A DNA stretch of 48,401 bases from Candidatus Altarchaeum sp. GTDB taxonomy: Archaea > Altiarchaeota > Altiarchaeia > Altiarchaeales > Altiarchaeaceae. How positions within the stretch are numbered: the first letter of the stretch is position 1; every line of letters begins with the position of its first letter. The position numbers and the translations under genes are program-made. The stretch spans positions 1-48,401 of the forward strand of contig JAGWDQ010000082.1 in NCBI GenBank assembly GCA_018260615.1. Direction: 5' to 3'. The notes below the pieces were generated by a model, which saw only the letters and a list, made by a program, of their open reading frames with translations, was not told the DNA's origin and made no database searches. Positions 1 to 8,653 of the stretch are shown here, one piece after another.

Positions 1-47
1 TAATAAAAGTTTGATATTAAATGAATAATAAATTAAATTTAACAAAT

Positions 48-3000
48 TTAACTTTTTTCAACCCTATAAACATAAACTCCTTCATTATAAATTTCCTTTA
101 AAAAGTCGCACTTTATCGGATACTTTTCAATCACCAGGTCAGCGTTGTATTTTTCCAAAATTTGTTTTTTTGTATTGCAGTCACCCATGAAAAACGAATA
201 AACATCACTGTTTCTTTCTCCGGTTGTCGGAATATTTGCATGCGGCGTGATTGCGACAACATAATTTTTGCTGATTGGATATATCGTTTCTGAAATGTGA
301 GAGCGGGCAAATACGATATTATATTGTCCGAAATTTTTCTCAATCCATTTTATACCTTTATAATCGTCGTTGTCAATATCTTTATAAATTTTTGGCTTCA
401 AATCATAATAGCCGGCAAATACACTTCCGAAAATGAGAATGCCCATTACAAGTGTTACCGAAATAAATGCAATGCCTTTTTGCCTTTGATTGAAATTTGT
501 ATTTTTAAGCCGCATATATATAAATTTTATTATTGCATATAATCCGATTCCCGACAATACGGCAAGGCAGAGAAATGTCTCATAAAACAGGCGAATGCTT
601 CCCGTAAGCAGGTTGAACGGAGAATATTGTATTCCCATTAAGGAAGCAACAAATTTTCCAATCGGTTCCACATAAAGCGTTGATATTAAAAGCGTTAATC
701 CGAAAATCCATGCGAGCGGCAATAATGAATTAAATTTAGCGTCTTCTTTGTTTTTTATAAATTTGTAAATAAGGTATGCAAGTCCGACAATTGCCAGAAT
801 AAATGCGAGAGTTCCGTAAAAATTCGGTATAAAATTTGGCTCGCATATTCCTCTTTCGGCAGGGCATCCCCGGAAAACGATAAATTCCTTTAAAAAATAA
901 TTCAATGTTGCCTCAAAACTTCCCTTCCATAAAATTTTAAAAAAGTAAATAAACGAGAGAAAAGGCAGCGAAAAGAGCAAAATGTTTCCGAAAATTGCAT
1001 TTTTAAATTTCAAAATATTTGTTAAATTTATCTTTAAAATGTTTCTAATGCAGAATAATAACAGATAAACAATTATTACCGGATATATCCACGAAGCGGA
1101 CTGCGGATGGATTAGAGCAATTACTGATATAACTATAACCGAAAAGAACAGAAATATTGCCGAATTTCTTCTCATTCCTTCAATGTACAGATAAAAAAAC
1201 AGGAATATGAACATAAAATCCATACTTAAAGGGACAAAAAACCACACTCCTAAAATTCCAATTGTTGATTTTAACGATGCAAAGAAAAGGACTGACAATA
1301 TTCCTGCATAAAAATTTTTGGTTATTTTTCTGACAAGCAGGAAGAGCATTAGTCCTGCCAGCACGGCAAATATCGCGGGGAAAAATTTATAAAACAAGAC
1401 CGGATCCTGATTTGACAGGGTAAAAAACTCTGCCAAGAACACATGAAAGCCGATTTCGAGATCCATTTCACCGATGGGATATTTGTTATAATAAGGATCA
1501 ACATCCGGAATTGTCTGCGTATCCATAATCTGGACTGCTCTTGCTAAATGCTGCCATTCATCAGTATGGAAAGGATAATCATAATCGGAATGAATACCGT
1601 ACTGGAGGAAAAAGGTAAAGAGTAAAACAAATAACAGAATAGATAAATTTAAAATTTTTGTTTTGTTATTTTTAATATTGCCGGTGATTTCTTTAATCCG
1701 TTTTTTAGGTCTAAATTTAAAATTTTTAAATTCCTTTTCATTTTTGAAATAGTAAAATAATGCTCCAAACCAGACAAAAGAAAGAGCATACAGGACAATA
1801 AATAAAAGATTGAGCGGATATCCGAATTTGTTTAAAACAAAGATTCCCAAAATGTTCAAAGCGAGACCTAATCCGACTGACATCGGAATTCTTTCGGATA
1901 ATGGAATTCCTTTTTTTATTAATGTTACCGCAAATCCCGGCAGGAAAAATATGAGCATAGTAAAAATGAGCATAAATATTCCGATAATGAAACTCCATAC
2001 CGCAACATAGCCATCGTCTTTGCACACCTCATAATAACAGTTATTTGTTTTACATTCTCCGTCTCTTGAACATGCAAAATTTTCATCTTTTAAATTTTTG
2101 CATTTATTGTCTTTGTCGCAGTATTTTGCAGGAAGGCAGTCAAAATCAAAATTACATTCTTCTTTACTTTTATTCACTTCTTTTAATTTTATAGGGGATT
2201 TTTCATTGGTTTTTTCATTTTCAGGCAGAGGTAAATTTATTTTATCTCTTTCGGTTTTACATATTCCGTTTGAACATATTTTTGTTTTGCATTCCGAATC
2301 ATTCAAGCAGGGAAAACCAATCTCTTTTAAAGGTCTGCATTTGTTGTTTTCAATGTCACAATAATGGCAGGAATAACAATCGGAATGATTTTCACAGTAT
2401 CTGCTTTCTTTGCATAGTCCTTTAAAGCAGTTGTTTGTTTTACATTCGGAGTCATTTGAACAGGGTAAATCATTTGCTTTTAAATTTTTATATTCGGATT
2501 GGTAATTATAGTCCTTTTTAATTTCATCACCCGTTAAAACTCTATCGTAAATTTTTACCTCATCTATTGTGCCGTTGAAATGATATTCAACGCTGTTTGG
2601 CTCATATCCGATTGAAAAACCGCCGGGATTTTTTGTTAAATTTGCTATTCCCTGACAACTTGCAGATAAGTTTCCATTTAAATAAATACTTGCAGTTCCT
2701 GTTGAAGAATCATAAGTTCCGGCAATGTGGTTCCATTCACTTTTTATATTTCCTCCAACACATACAACATTCCATCCTCCTGCTTCCTCGGGAAGTCCTA
2801 TAAAGAATCCGACACTTCCATCCGGAAGAACTCCAAAAACATATACATAATTGGTATTACTTGCAGCAATTGTTCCAAGATAATTTGTAGATTCTTTTTT
2901 TACCCATGCTTCAATTGTTATGGTTCTTGAAATATTTAAAATTTCTTTATATAGGACATAAACATGTTCGCCATGTCCGTTAAATTTTAGTCCTTTGTTA

Positions 3001-3269
3001 TAAATTCCTTCAGTCCATTCTGCATTATAAATTATCCCATCATTACAGTTCCCTGACATATCAAGAGTAATATTTCCCTCACCTTCTTCAAAATCATAGT
3101 ATGCCACAAGTCCTTCTTCGTTATTAAATTTATCTGCATTAACCGGAGAGACAGAACAAAAAAAACAAACCAATATAAAGGAAGCAATTATATAAGGCCT
3201 TAAATATTCGGTTTTCCTCTGCATTTTAAAATTTTTATTGTTATTGTTAATAAATTTATTAACTAACAA
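48..3269 (-). CDS. Large secreted/membrane protein: signal peptide, LamG (ConA-like) domain, five Cys-rich repeats, multi-TM GT-C-like membrane domain
   Basis: 1073-aa ORF (TTG start; ATG ~15 codons in is an alternative). Hydrophobic leader ending PVNA-D; LamG hallmarks GLVAYYDFEEG...F.GTIDEVKIYDRVLT; repeats CxxDxECKTxxC; many TM segments with a luminal HTDEWQH loop. Confidence 0.75.
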   Translation of the reverse strand: MLVNKFINNNNKNFKMQRKTEYLRPYIIASFILVCFFCSVSPVNADKFNNEEGLVAYYDFEEGEGNITLDMSGNCNDGIIYNAEWTEGIYNKGLKFNGHGEHVYVLYKEILNISRTITIEAWVKKESTNYLGTIAASNTNYVYVFGVLPDGSVGFFIGLPEEAGGWNVVCVGGNIKSEWNHIAGTYDSSTGTASIYLNGNLSASCQGIANLTKNPGGFSIGYEPNSVEYHFNGTIDEVKIYDRVLTGDEIKKDYNYQSEYKNLKANDLPCSNDSECKTNNCFKGLCKESRYCENHSDCYSCHYCDIENNKCRPLKEIGFPCLNDSECKTKICSNGICKTERDKINLPLPENEKTNEKSPIKLKEVNKSKEECNFDFDCLPAKYCDKDNKCKNLKDENFACSRDGECKTNNCYYEVCKDDGYVAVWSFIIGIFMLIFTMLIFFLPGFAVTLIKKGIPLSERIPMSVGLGLALNILGIFVLNKFGYPLNLLFIVLYALSFVWFGALFYYFKNEKEFKNFKFRPKKRIKEITGNIKNNKTKILNLSILLFVLLFTFFLQYGIHSDYDYPFHTDEWQHLARAVQIMDTQTIPDVDPYYNKYPIGEMDLEIGFHVFLAEFFTLSNQDPVLFYKFFPAIFAVLAGLMLFLLVRKITKNFYAGILSVLFFASLKSTIGILGVWFFVPLSMDFMFIFLFFYLYIEGMRRNSAIFLFFSVIVISVIALIHPQSASWIYPVIIVYLLLFCIRNILKINLTNILKFKNAIFGNILLFSLPFLSFIYFFKILWKGSFEATLNYFLKEFIVFRGCPAERGICEPNFIPNFYGTLAFILAIVGLAYLIYKFIKNKEDAKFNSLLPLAWIFGLTLLISTLYVEPIGKFVASLMGIQYSPFNLLTGSIRLFYETFLCLAVLSGIGLYAIIKFIYMRLKNTNFNQRQKGIAFISVTLVMGILIFGSVFAGYYDLKPKIYKDIDNDDYKGIKWIEKNFGQYNIVFARSHISETIYPISKNYVVAITPHANIPTTGERNSDVYSFFMGDCNTKKQILEKYNADLVIEKYPIKCDFLKEIYNEGVYVYRVEKS

Positions 3270-3383
3270 ATTTAAATTTTGAATTAAAATTCTAATGTTT
3301 TGCGTTTTGAAAATTTATTTATTCTTTTTATTATTTATTTAATTATTTAATGGCAGATGTAATATAAATGTAATTTATTATAA

Positions 3384-4400
3384 TTGTTAGACAAAAAAAT
3401 GTACAAAAATAATACTATCGGAGTTGTTGTTCCCGCTTATAATGAAGAAAAATTAATTGAAGAAACACTGGGCGGCATTTTTAACTGCAAAACAGAGATT
3501 GATAAAATCTATGTTATTGATGATAAAAGCACGGATAAAACATTAGAAAAAATTAAGAAATTTAAAGAAGAGAACGATAAAAGCAACAAAATTTATATAA
3601 TACCTCATGAAAGGAATGGCGGTGTCGGAGCGGCGATATTTTCCGGATACAAACAGGCACTGAAAGACGGAACGGATATTGTAGTTGTCATGGCCGGAGA
3701 CCATCAGATGGATCCTTCGCAGCTTCCGAGAATGATTGAACCGCTCATTGCAGGAAGAGCGGACTACACAAAAGGAAACCGTCTTTTGGGCAGAGAATAC
3801 AGAAAAGGAATGTCAAAATGGAGATTCTTTGGAAATTCTTTACTTACATTGCTGACAAAAATTGCAAGCGGATACTGGCAAATTATGGATCCTCAAAACG
3901 GATATACTGCTATTTCCAGAAATTTACTTGAACGACTAAATTTAGACAATATTTATAAAAGCTACGGGTATTGTAATGATTTGCTGGTTAAGTTAAATAC
4001 ACTAAATGCAGTGGTTCTTGACATTTCCATGCCTGCAAGATACGGAAGAGAAAGGTCAGGAATAAATTACATAACCTATATCCATAAGGTCTCGTATCTT
4101 TTATTAAAGGACTTTTTCCTGCGGCTGATGATGAAATACGGTGTTTTAAGCTTCCATCCGCTGTTGGGTTTTTACATTTTTGGAATCATAATGACTCCTG
4201 CCGGACTGATACTGGCACTTGATGTTTTTTACGGTAAATTTATATCTCATGCTCCCGTCTCACAAAATTTTCCTTTGCTTGCGGCATTTCTCCTCATTAT
4301 AGGCATTCAGTTTATACTTTTTGCGATGTTATTTGATATGGAAATGGACCCAAGCAGGAAAAAAGAAGCGACTTTTGGAAAGAATAATGAGGAATTTTAA
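3384..4400 (+). CDS. GT2 glycosyltransferase (polyprenol-phosphate glycosyltransferase-like) with C-terminal TM helices
   Basis: VVVPAYNEE, VIDDKSTD, NGGVGAA, MAGDHQMDP motifs; two hydrophobic C-terminal segments. Confidence 0.9.
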   Translation: MLDKKMYKNNTIGVVVPAYNEEKLIEETLGGIFNCKTEIDKIYVIDDKSTDKTLEKIKKFKEENDKSNKIYIIPHERNGGVGAAIFSGYKQALKDGTDIVVVMAGDHQMDPSQLPRMIEPLIAGRADYTKGNRLLGREYRKGMSKWRFFGNSLLTLLTKIASGYWQIMDPQNGYTAISRNLLERLNLDNIYKSYGYCNDLLVKLNTLNAVVLDISMPARYGRERSGINYITYIHKVSYLLLKDFFLRLMMKYGVLSFHPLLGFYIFGIIMTPAGLILALDVFYGKFISHAPVSQNFPLLAAFLLIIGIQFILFAMLFDMEMDPSRKKEATFGKNNEEF

Positions 4401-4443
4401 AATTTTATAGAGAAAAAGGAATTTTTAAATAAATTTTACAAAA

Positions 4444-4630
4444 ATGACTGAAAAAAAGAAAAAGAAATTCAGGATGTTCAAAGAAGTCCCGGAAGATTAT
4501 GAACCACAAACAGAAATAGAAAAAAAGATATAGGGGTGCTTTTTTGAAAGCGGTCCCGGAATTATTATCATATAGAGTTGAAAAGGAAGATGGAACTGTT
4601 TATTATCGCAGAGTTGAGGTTTCTGATTGA
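4444..4630 (+). pseudogene. Putative antitoxin copy 1, frameshifted
   Basis: MTEKKKKKFRMFKEVPEDYEPQTEIEKKI*. An extra A (ATATAGGGG vs ATATGGGG in the other copies) creates TAG; the shifted frame continues GAFLKAVPELLSYRVEKEDGTVYYRRVEVSD*. Confidence 0.75.
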
Positions 4631-4708
4631 TATTTATTTATCTTTAAAAGAAATTTATAATAAAAATCAATAAAATAAAAATTAACAAAAACGGCCAAAA
4701 AAAAGAAA

Positions 4709-4864
4709 ATGGAATTTAAGGTCCCGGATGACTATGAACCGGATGATGAGAGGGTGAAGAAAATATGGGGTGCTTTTTTGAAGGCAGTCCCGGAATTATT
4801 ATCTTATAGAGTAGAAAAGGAAGATGGAACTGTTTATTATCGCAGAGTCAAACTTTCTGTTTGA
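4709..4864 (+). CDS. Putative antitoxin copy 2 (51 aa; upstream start degenerated to ACG at 4691)
   Basis: MEFKVPDDYEPDDERVKKIWGAFLKAVPELLSYRVEKEDGTVYYRRVKLSV*, translated by hand (below the ORF-track cutoff). Confidence 0.6.
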   Translation: MEFKVPDDYEPDDERVKKIWGAFLKAVPELLSYRVEKEDGTVYYRRVKLSV

Positions 4865-4933
4865 TCTTTGTCTTTCAAGAATGTTTTAATCTCATAAATT
4901 TAATTTATTAACCTAAAAGTAATATTTAGTGAA

Positions 4934-5107
4934 ATGACCAAAAAAAAGAAAAGGGAATTCAAGGTTCCGGATGACTATGAACCGGATGATGAAAGGGTGA
5001 AGAAAATATGGGGTGCTTTTTTGAAGGCAGTCCCGGAATTATTATCTTATAGAGTAGAAAAGGAAGATGGAACTGTTTATTATCGCAGAGTCAAACTTTC
5101 TGTTTGA
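4934..5107 (+). CDS. Putative antitoxin copy 3 (57 aa)
   Basis: MTKKKKREFKVPDDYEPDDERVKKIWGAFLKAVPELLSYRVEKEDGTVYYRRVKLSV*, translated by hand. Confidence 0.65.
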   Translation: MTKKKKREFKVPDDYEPDDERVKKIWGAFLKAVPELLSYRVEKEDGTVYYRRVKLSV

Positions 5108-5176
5108 TCTTTGTCTTTCAAGAATGTTTTAATCTCATAAATTTAATTTATTAACCTAAAAGTAATATTTAGTGAA

Positions 5177-5350
5177 ATGACCAAAAAAAAGAAAAGGGAA
5201 TTCAAGGTTCCGGATGACTATGAACCGGATGATGAAAGGGTGAAGAAAATATGGGGTGCTTTTTTGAAGGCAGTCCCGGAATTATTATCTTATAGAGTAG
5301 AAAAGGAAGATGGAACTGTTTATTATCGCAGAGTCAAACTTTCTGATTGA
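5177..5350 (+). CDS. Putative antitoxin copy 4 (57 aa), overlapping the PIN gene start by 41 bp
   Basis: Same protein ending KLSD*. A small gene overlapping the start of a PIN gene is the classic type II TA layout; antitoxin function is inferred from that layout only. Confidence 0.7.
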   Translation: MTKKKKREFKVPDDYEPDDERVKKIWGAFLKAVPELLSYRVEKEDGTVYYRRVKLSD

Positions 5351-5924
5351 TATTGGTATTGCAAGGGACCGTAATTCATCATATTTGATGAATTTAGCAT
5401 CAACAGGCAAGATAAAAATAGCAATTCCCGAGTATTCATTAGCAGAGGTAGATGGTAGAGTATCCTTTATTCTTCGCGAGCGAAAAAAGAAACTAAAAGA
5501 AAGCATAACTCTGATGAATGAACTTTCAAGAAGTGATTACAATAAGAAATATTCATCAGGTGCAATAGAGAATCTAAATATGCTTTTAAATCTCCTTGAC
5601 AAAGAAAAGAAATTTGTTGATGAGGCAATAAAAAGCATCCGGGATTTGTGTGTCGTGATCCCGCATACGCCTGAGATTCATATCAAAGCAGCGCTCAGGG
5701 ATTTAAGTTCAAAGCCGCCATTCAAGTTTAATGACTGCCAGATATATTTAGCAGCACTGGATTTTGCAGGTAAAAACAAAAATGACTGTAATATTATATT
5801 TTTAACAAAAGACAGAGAGGACTTTGACTATCCTGAAATCCATGATGAATTAAATGATAACAGAGTTAAGTTAATGTTTTCTTCCGGAGAATGTGTTAAA
5901 GAAGTTGTGGAGTTGATTGGCTAA
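5310..5924 (+). CDS. PIN-domain protein (VapC/DUF4935-like putative toxin RNase)
   Basis: PIN acidic motifs IIAESNFL, SLAEV, FNDCQIY, FLTKDREDF. Confidence 0.8.
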   Translation: MELFIIAESNFLIDIGIARDRNSSYLMNLASTGKIKIAIPEYSLAEVDGRVSFILRERKKKLKESITLMNELSRSDYNKKYSSGAIENLNMLLNLLDKEKKFVDEAIKSIRDLCVVIPHTPEIHIKAALRDLSSKPPFKFNDCQIYLAALDFAGKNKNDCNIIFLTKDREDFDYPEIHDELNDNRVKLMFSSGECVKEVVELIG

Positions 5925-5931
5925 ATTAAAC

Positions 5932-6189
5932 ATGAATCGTGATTTCACAATTAAAAAATAGAGGAAAGTTTGCAGTACAATAAAAGAAAATTATAAGACA
6001 TTAACTTTTGAGGAGTATTTAACCAGATCCAAAAATAAATTTATTATTTTAAGGCATGATGTTGACAGAATGCCTGAGAATGCACTAAAAACTGCAGAAA
6101 TTGAGCATGAATCCAGTATTAAATCAGCATACTACTTCAGAACAAACAAATCCGTCTTTAAACCGGAAATAATTAAAGGAATTGGTTAA
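5932..6189 (+). pseudogene. Deacetylase-like gene I, copy 1 (early TAG, 3' truncated)
   Basis: MNRDFTIKK*(TAG 5959-5961)RKVCSTIKENY...LRHDVDRMPENAL...KPEIIKGIG*; homologous to 7935, 9911, 13759 and 15666. Confidence 0.9.
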
Positions 6190-6222
6190 ATAATTATTTA
6201 TACTTTTCCTTTTAATTATTAA

Positions 6223-6256
6223 TACCTACATAAATTATACATAAAATCTGTAGGTA
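6223..6256. promoter_or_regulatory. Inverted repeat TACCTACA-N18-TGTAGGTA (possible operator), copy 1
   Basis: Perfect 8-bp inverted repeat around an AT-rich TATA-like spacer; identical to 14047-14080. Confidence 0.4.
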
Positions 6257-6378
6257 AATTCAGATATTTTCACGCATGTGAAATTGCAGGATTATGTAGT
6301 GGCTTTTTTAAAGCAAAGAAGATAAAATTAGTATAAATATTTTTTATCAAATATTTCTAAATTTAAAACAAATAAATA

Positions 6379-6428
6379 CCGAAAATCTTTGGGATTTTCA
6401 ATCTTTAAAAAATCGTCACGATTTTTAA
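6379..6428. repeat. Double-hairpin REP-like mini-element
   Basis: GAAAATC-tttgg-GATTTTC, linker AATC, TTTAAAAAATCG-tca-CGATTTTTAAA. Absent from the homologous intergenic region near 10900; same architecture as 10381-10425. Confidence 0.65.
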
Positions 6429-6486
6429 ATAACTGTATTTTTGTGAAAGGGAAATGTCCCGGTTGTTACTCTAAAATTTAAAAACA

Positions 6487-7911
6487 ATGAATCAAAAAGA
6501 ACTCCTTGAAATTATAGAAAAAGGTGAATCAGAAGAGAGAGAATTCAAAAAATCAACCGCCCAGTTAGAAAAGGGCATGAGAGCGCTCTGTGCTTTTTTG
6601 AACCACAAGGGCGGGGCAGTATATTTCGGAATTGATAATAAGACCCTGGTCGGACAGCAGGTCTCTGACCCCACCTTAAGATCAATATCTCAGAAAGTCA
6701 GGCAGAAGATAAAGCCGGAAATAACTCCGGAAATTACTGTTCATGGGGACGGCAGGGAGAAGATTATAAAAGTTGCAGTAAAAGAAGGACTTAATAAATT
6801 ACATTATCTTGACGGAGTTGCTTACAAAAGAGTCGGAACGGAAAATCCTCTAATTCCTCCCGAAGAAATTGAGAGAATTATCATGGAAAAGCGAAAAAAT
6901 ATCTGGGACTCTGAAATCTGCGAAGAAGCAAATTTGAAAGATATTGATGGGGAAAAAGTAAAATGGTTTTTGAGAACTGCAAAAATCAAAAGAGGTCTGA
7001 AGATACCTGAGAATACTCCCCTAAAAGAAGTGTTAACTAAACTAAAATTGCTCAAAAACAATAAGTTAACCAATTCTGCGGTGTTGTTATTTTCCAAAGA
7101 ATCAGAATTCCTGCAATCGGAAGTGAAATGTATAAGATTTTCAGGAAACGAATCTGTTAAACCATATATTGACTTTCAAACATTAGAAGGTAATGTTTTT
7201 GATCTGATAGATGAGGCAGAAAATTTTGTTCTCAGAAATATTAAAATGGCGATCTGGCTGGTCCCCGGACAAGTACAAAGAGAAGAAAAATACGAATACC
7301 CTCCGGATGCAATCAGAGAAGCAATAGCAAATGCGGTTGTGCACAGGGACTATGAATCCCCTTCAAAGGTTCAGGTCAGGATTTTTAATAATCGCGTGGA
7401 AGTGTGGAGTCCGGGGTTACTTCCAAAAGAAATATCAATTGAAGATTTGAAAAAAGAGCACAGGTCAGTTCCGCGCAATCCCCTTTTATTCAAGCAATTA
7501 TTTTGGGTTAAGTATGTTGAAGATGTTGGCGGCGGAACGGTTGACATGATAAACTGGTGTAAAGAGTGGGGGTTGCCGGAACCTGAATTTAAAATTATAA
7601 CAGGAGCATTGGTTGTAATTTTTAGATTGCCGCCGAATATAGAAGATCTGGAAAAGTTAGGACTAAATGAAAGGCAAAAAAAAGCAGTAGATTATGTAAC
7701 CAAACATACACACATAACAAATAAGGACTATCAACTGCTAAACAATACTACCCGATACACTGCCACAAGAGATTTTACAATTCTCGTTGATAAAGGAATT
7801 TTTAGAACAACTGGCGATGGTAGAAGAAATCTAAAATATATTTTGGTGCAAAATGCGTCAAAAATGCGTCAAAAAATGCGTCAAAAATCAAAAGCAGAAG
7901 GGGAATTGTAA
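6487..7911 (+). CDS. AlbA_2 (Schlafen-like) + HATPase_c_4 (RecG-C-like) + winged HTH protein, intact copy
   Basis: N-terminal GESEEREFKKS...CAFLNHKGGAVYFGID; YPPDAIREAIANAVVHRDY, VWSPG, PRNPLL, EDVGGGT; C-terminal LNERQ...ITNKDY...GDGRRNLKY. Confidence 0.9.
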   Translation: MNQKELLEIIEKGESEEREFKKSTAQLEKGMRALCAFLNHKGGAVYFGIDNKTLVGQQVSDPTLRSISQKVRQKIKPEITPEITVHGDGREKIIKVAVKEGLNKLHYLDGVAYKRVGTENPLIPPEEIERIIMEKRKNIWDSEICEEANLKDIDGEKVKWFLRTAKIKRGLKIPENTPLKEVLTKLKLLKNNKLTNSAVLLFSKESEFLQSEVKCIRFSGNESVKPYIDFQTLEGNVFDLIDEAENFVLRNIKMAIWLVPGQVQREEKYEYPPDAIREAIANAVVHRDYESPSKVQVRIFNNRVEVWSPGLLPKEISIEDLKKEHRSVPRNPLLFKQLFWVKYVEDVGGGTVDMINWCKEWGLPEPEFKIITGALVVIFRLPPNIEDLEKLGLNERQKKAVDYVTKHTHITNKDYQLLNNTTRYTATRDFTILVDKGIFRTTGDGRRNLKYILVQNASKMRQKMRQKSKAEGEL

Positions 7912-7934
7912 GGGGAATGAAATAATATTAAAAA

Positions 7935-8500
7935 ATGCCTGATTTCACAATCAAAAAATACTGGAAAGTTTGCAGTGCAATAAAAGAAAATTATGAGACA
8001 TTAACCTTTGAGGAATATTTAACCAAATCCAAAAACAAATTTATTATTTTAAGGCATGATGTTGACAGAATGCCTGAGAATGCTTTAAAAATTGCAGAAA
8101 TTGAGCATGAATCCGGCATTAAATCAACATACTATTTCAGAACAAACAAATCCGTCTTTAAACCGGAAATAATTAAAGGAATTGCTTCACTCGGACATGA
8201 AATTGGCTACCACTATGAATGTATGGATAAAGCCGCAGGAAATCCTGAGAAAGCAATAAAAATATTTGAGGACGAATTGAATAAATTCAGGAAAATCTGT
8301 GATGTCAAAACAATCTGCATGCACGGAAACCCATTAACAAAATACGATAACTGGGATTTATGGAAAAGCTCTGATTATAAAAAATTTGAAATTTTGGGTG
8401 AAGCATATCTTTCGCTGGGAAATGATATTGCTTACTTTTCAGATACGGGAAGAAACTGAGGAAATAAATATAAAGTTAAAGATTTTAATGTAAACCTAGA
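7935..8500 (+). pseudogene. Deacetylase-like gene I, copy 2 (most complete; TGG->TGA nonsense at 8457-8459)
   Basis: LRHDVD, GHEIGYHYE, CMHGN NodB-like motifs; ends DTGRN* where the other copies read DTGRNWGNKYKVKD, and the frame continues GNKYKVKDFNVNL. Confidence 0.85.
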
Positions 8501-8653
8501 TCGTAATATGAATAATAATAACAGTGAATATGAAAATTTTATTTGCTGCTTAATCACCATTTCACCGAAAAGAATGTATGATTTTAACATCCATACAATA
8601 AAAACTATAAATTTATATACAATAAATTTATCTGCATTATATTACTTTTTAAA

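Larger units (their letters stand above)
4444..5350 (+). repeat. Tandem array of four ~243-bp units, each a small ORF plus the first codons of the PIN gene
   Basis: Equivalent starts at 4444, 4691, 4934 and 5177 (spacing 247/243/243). Units 3 and 4 are essentially identical, unit 2 nearly so, unit 1 diverged. Confidence 0.95.

Noticed and set aside
4444-5350. Regularly spaced repeats as a CRISPR array
   Set aside because: The period is ~243 bp, whole units (not 25-45 bp repeats with unique spacers) are repeated, they encode a protein, and no cas genes are present.
8607-8631. Two ATAAATTTAT palindromes upstream of ATPase A as an operator
   Set aside because: All-A/T 10-mers are expected by chance at this composition and there is no second occurrence in a comparable position.
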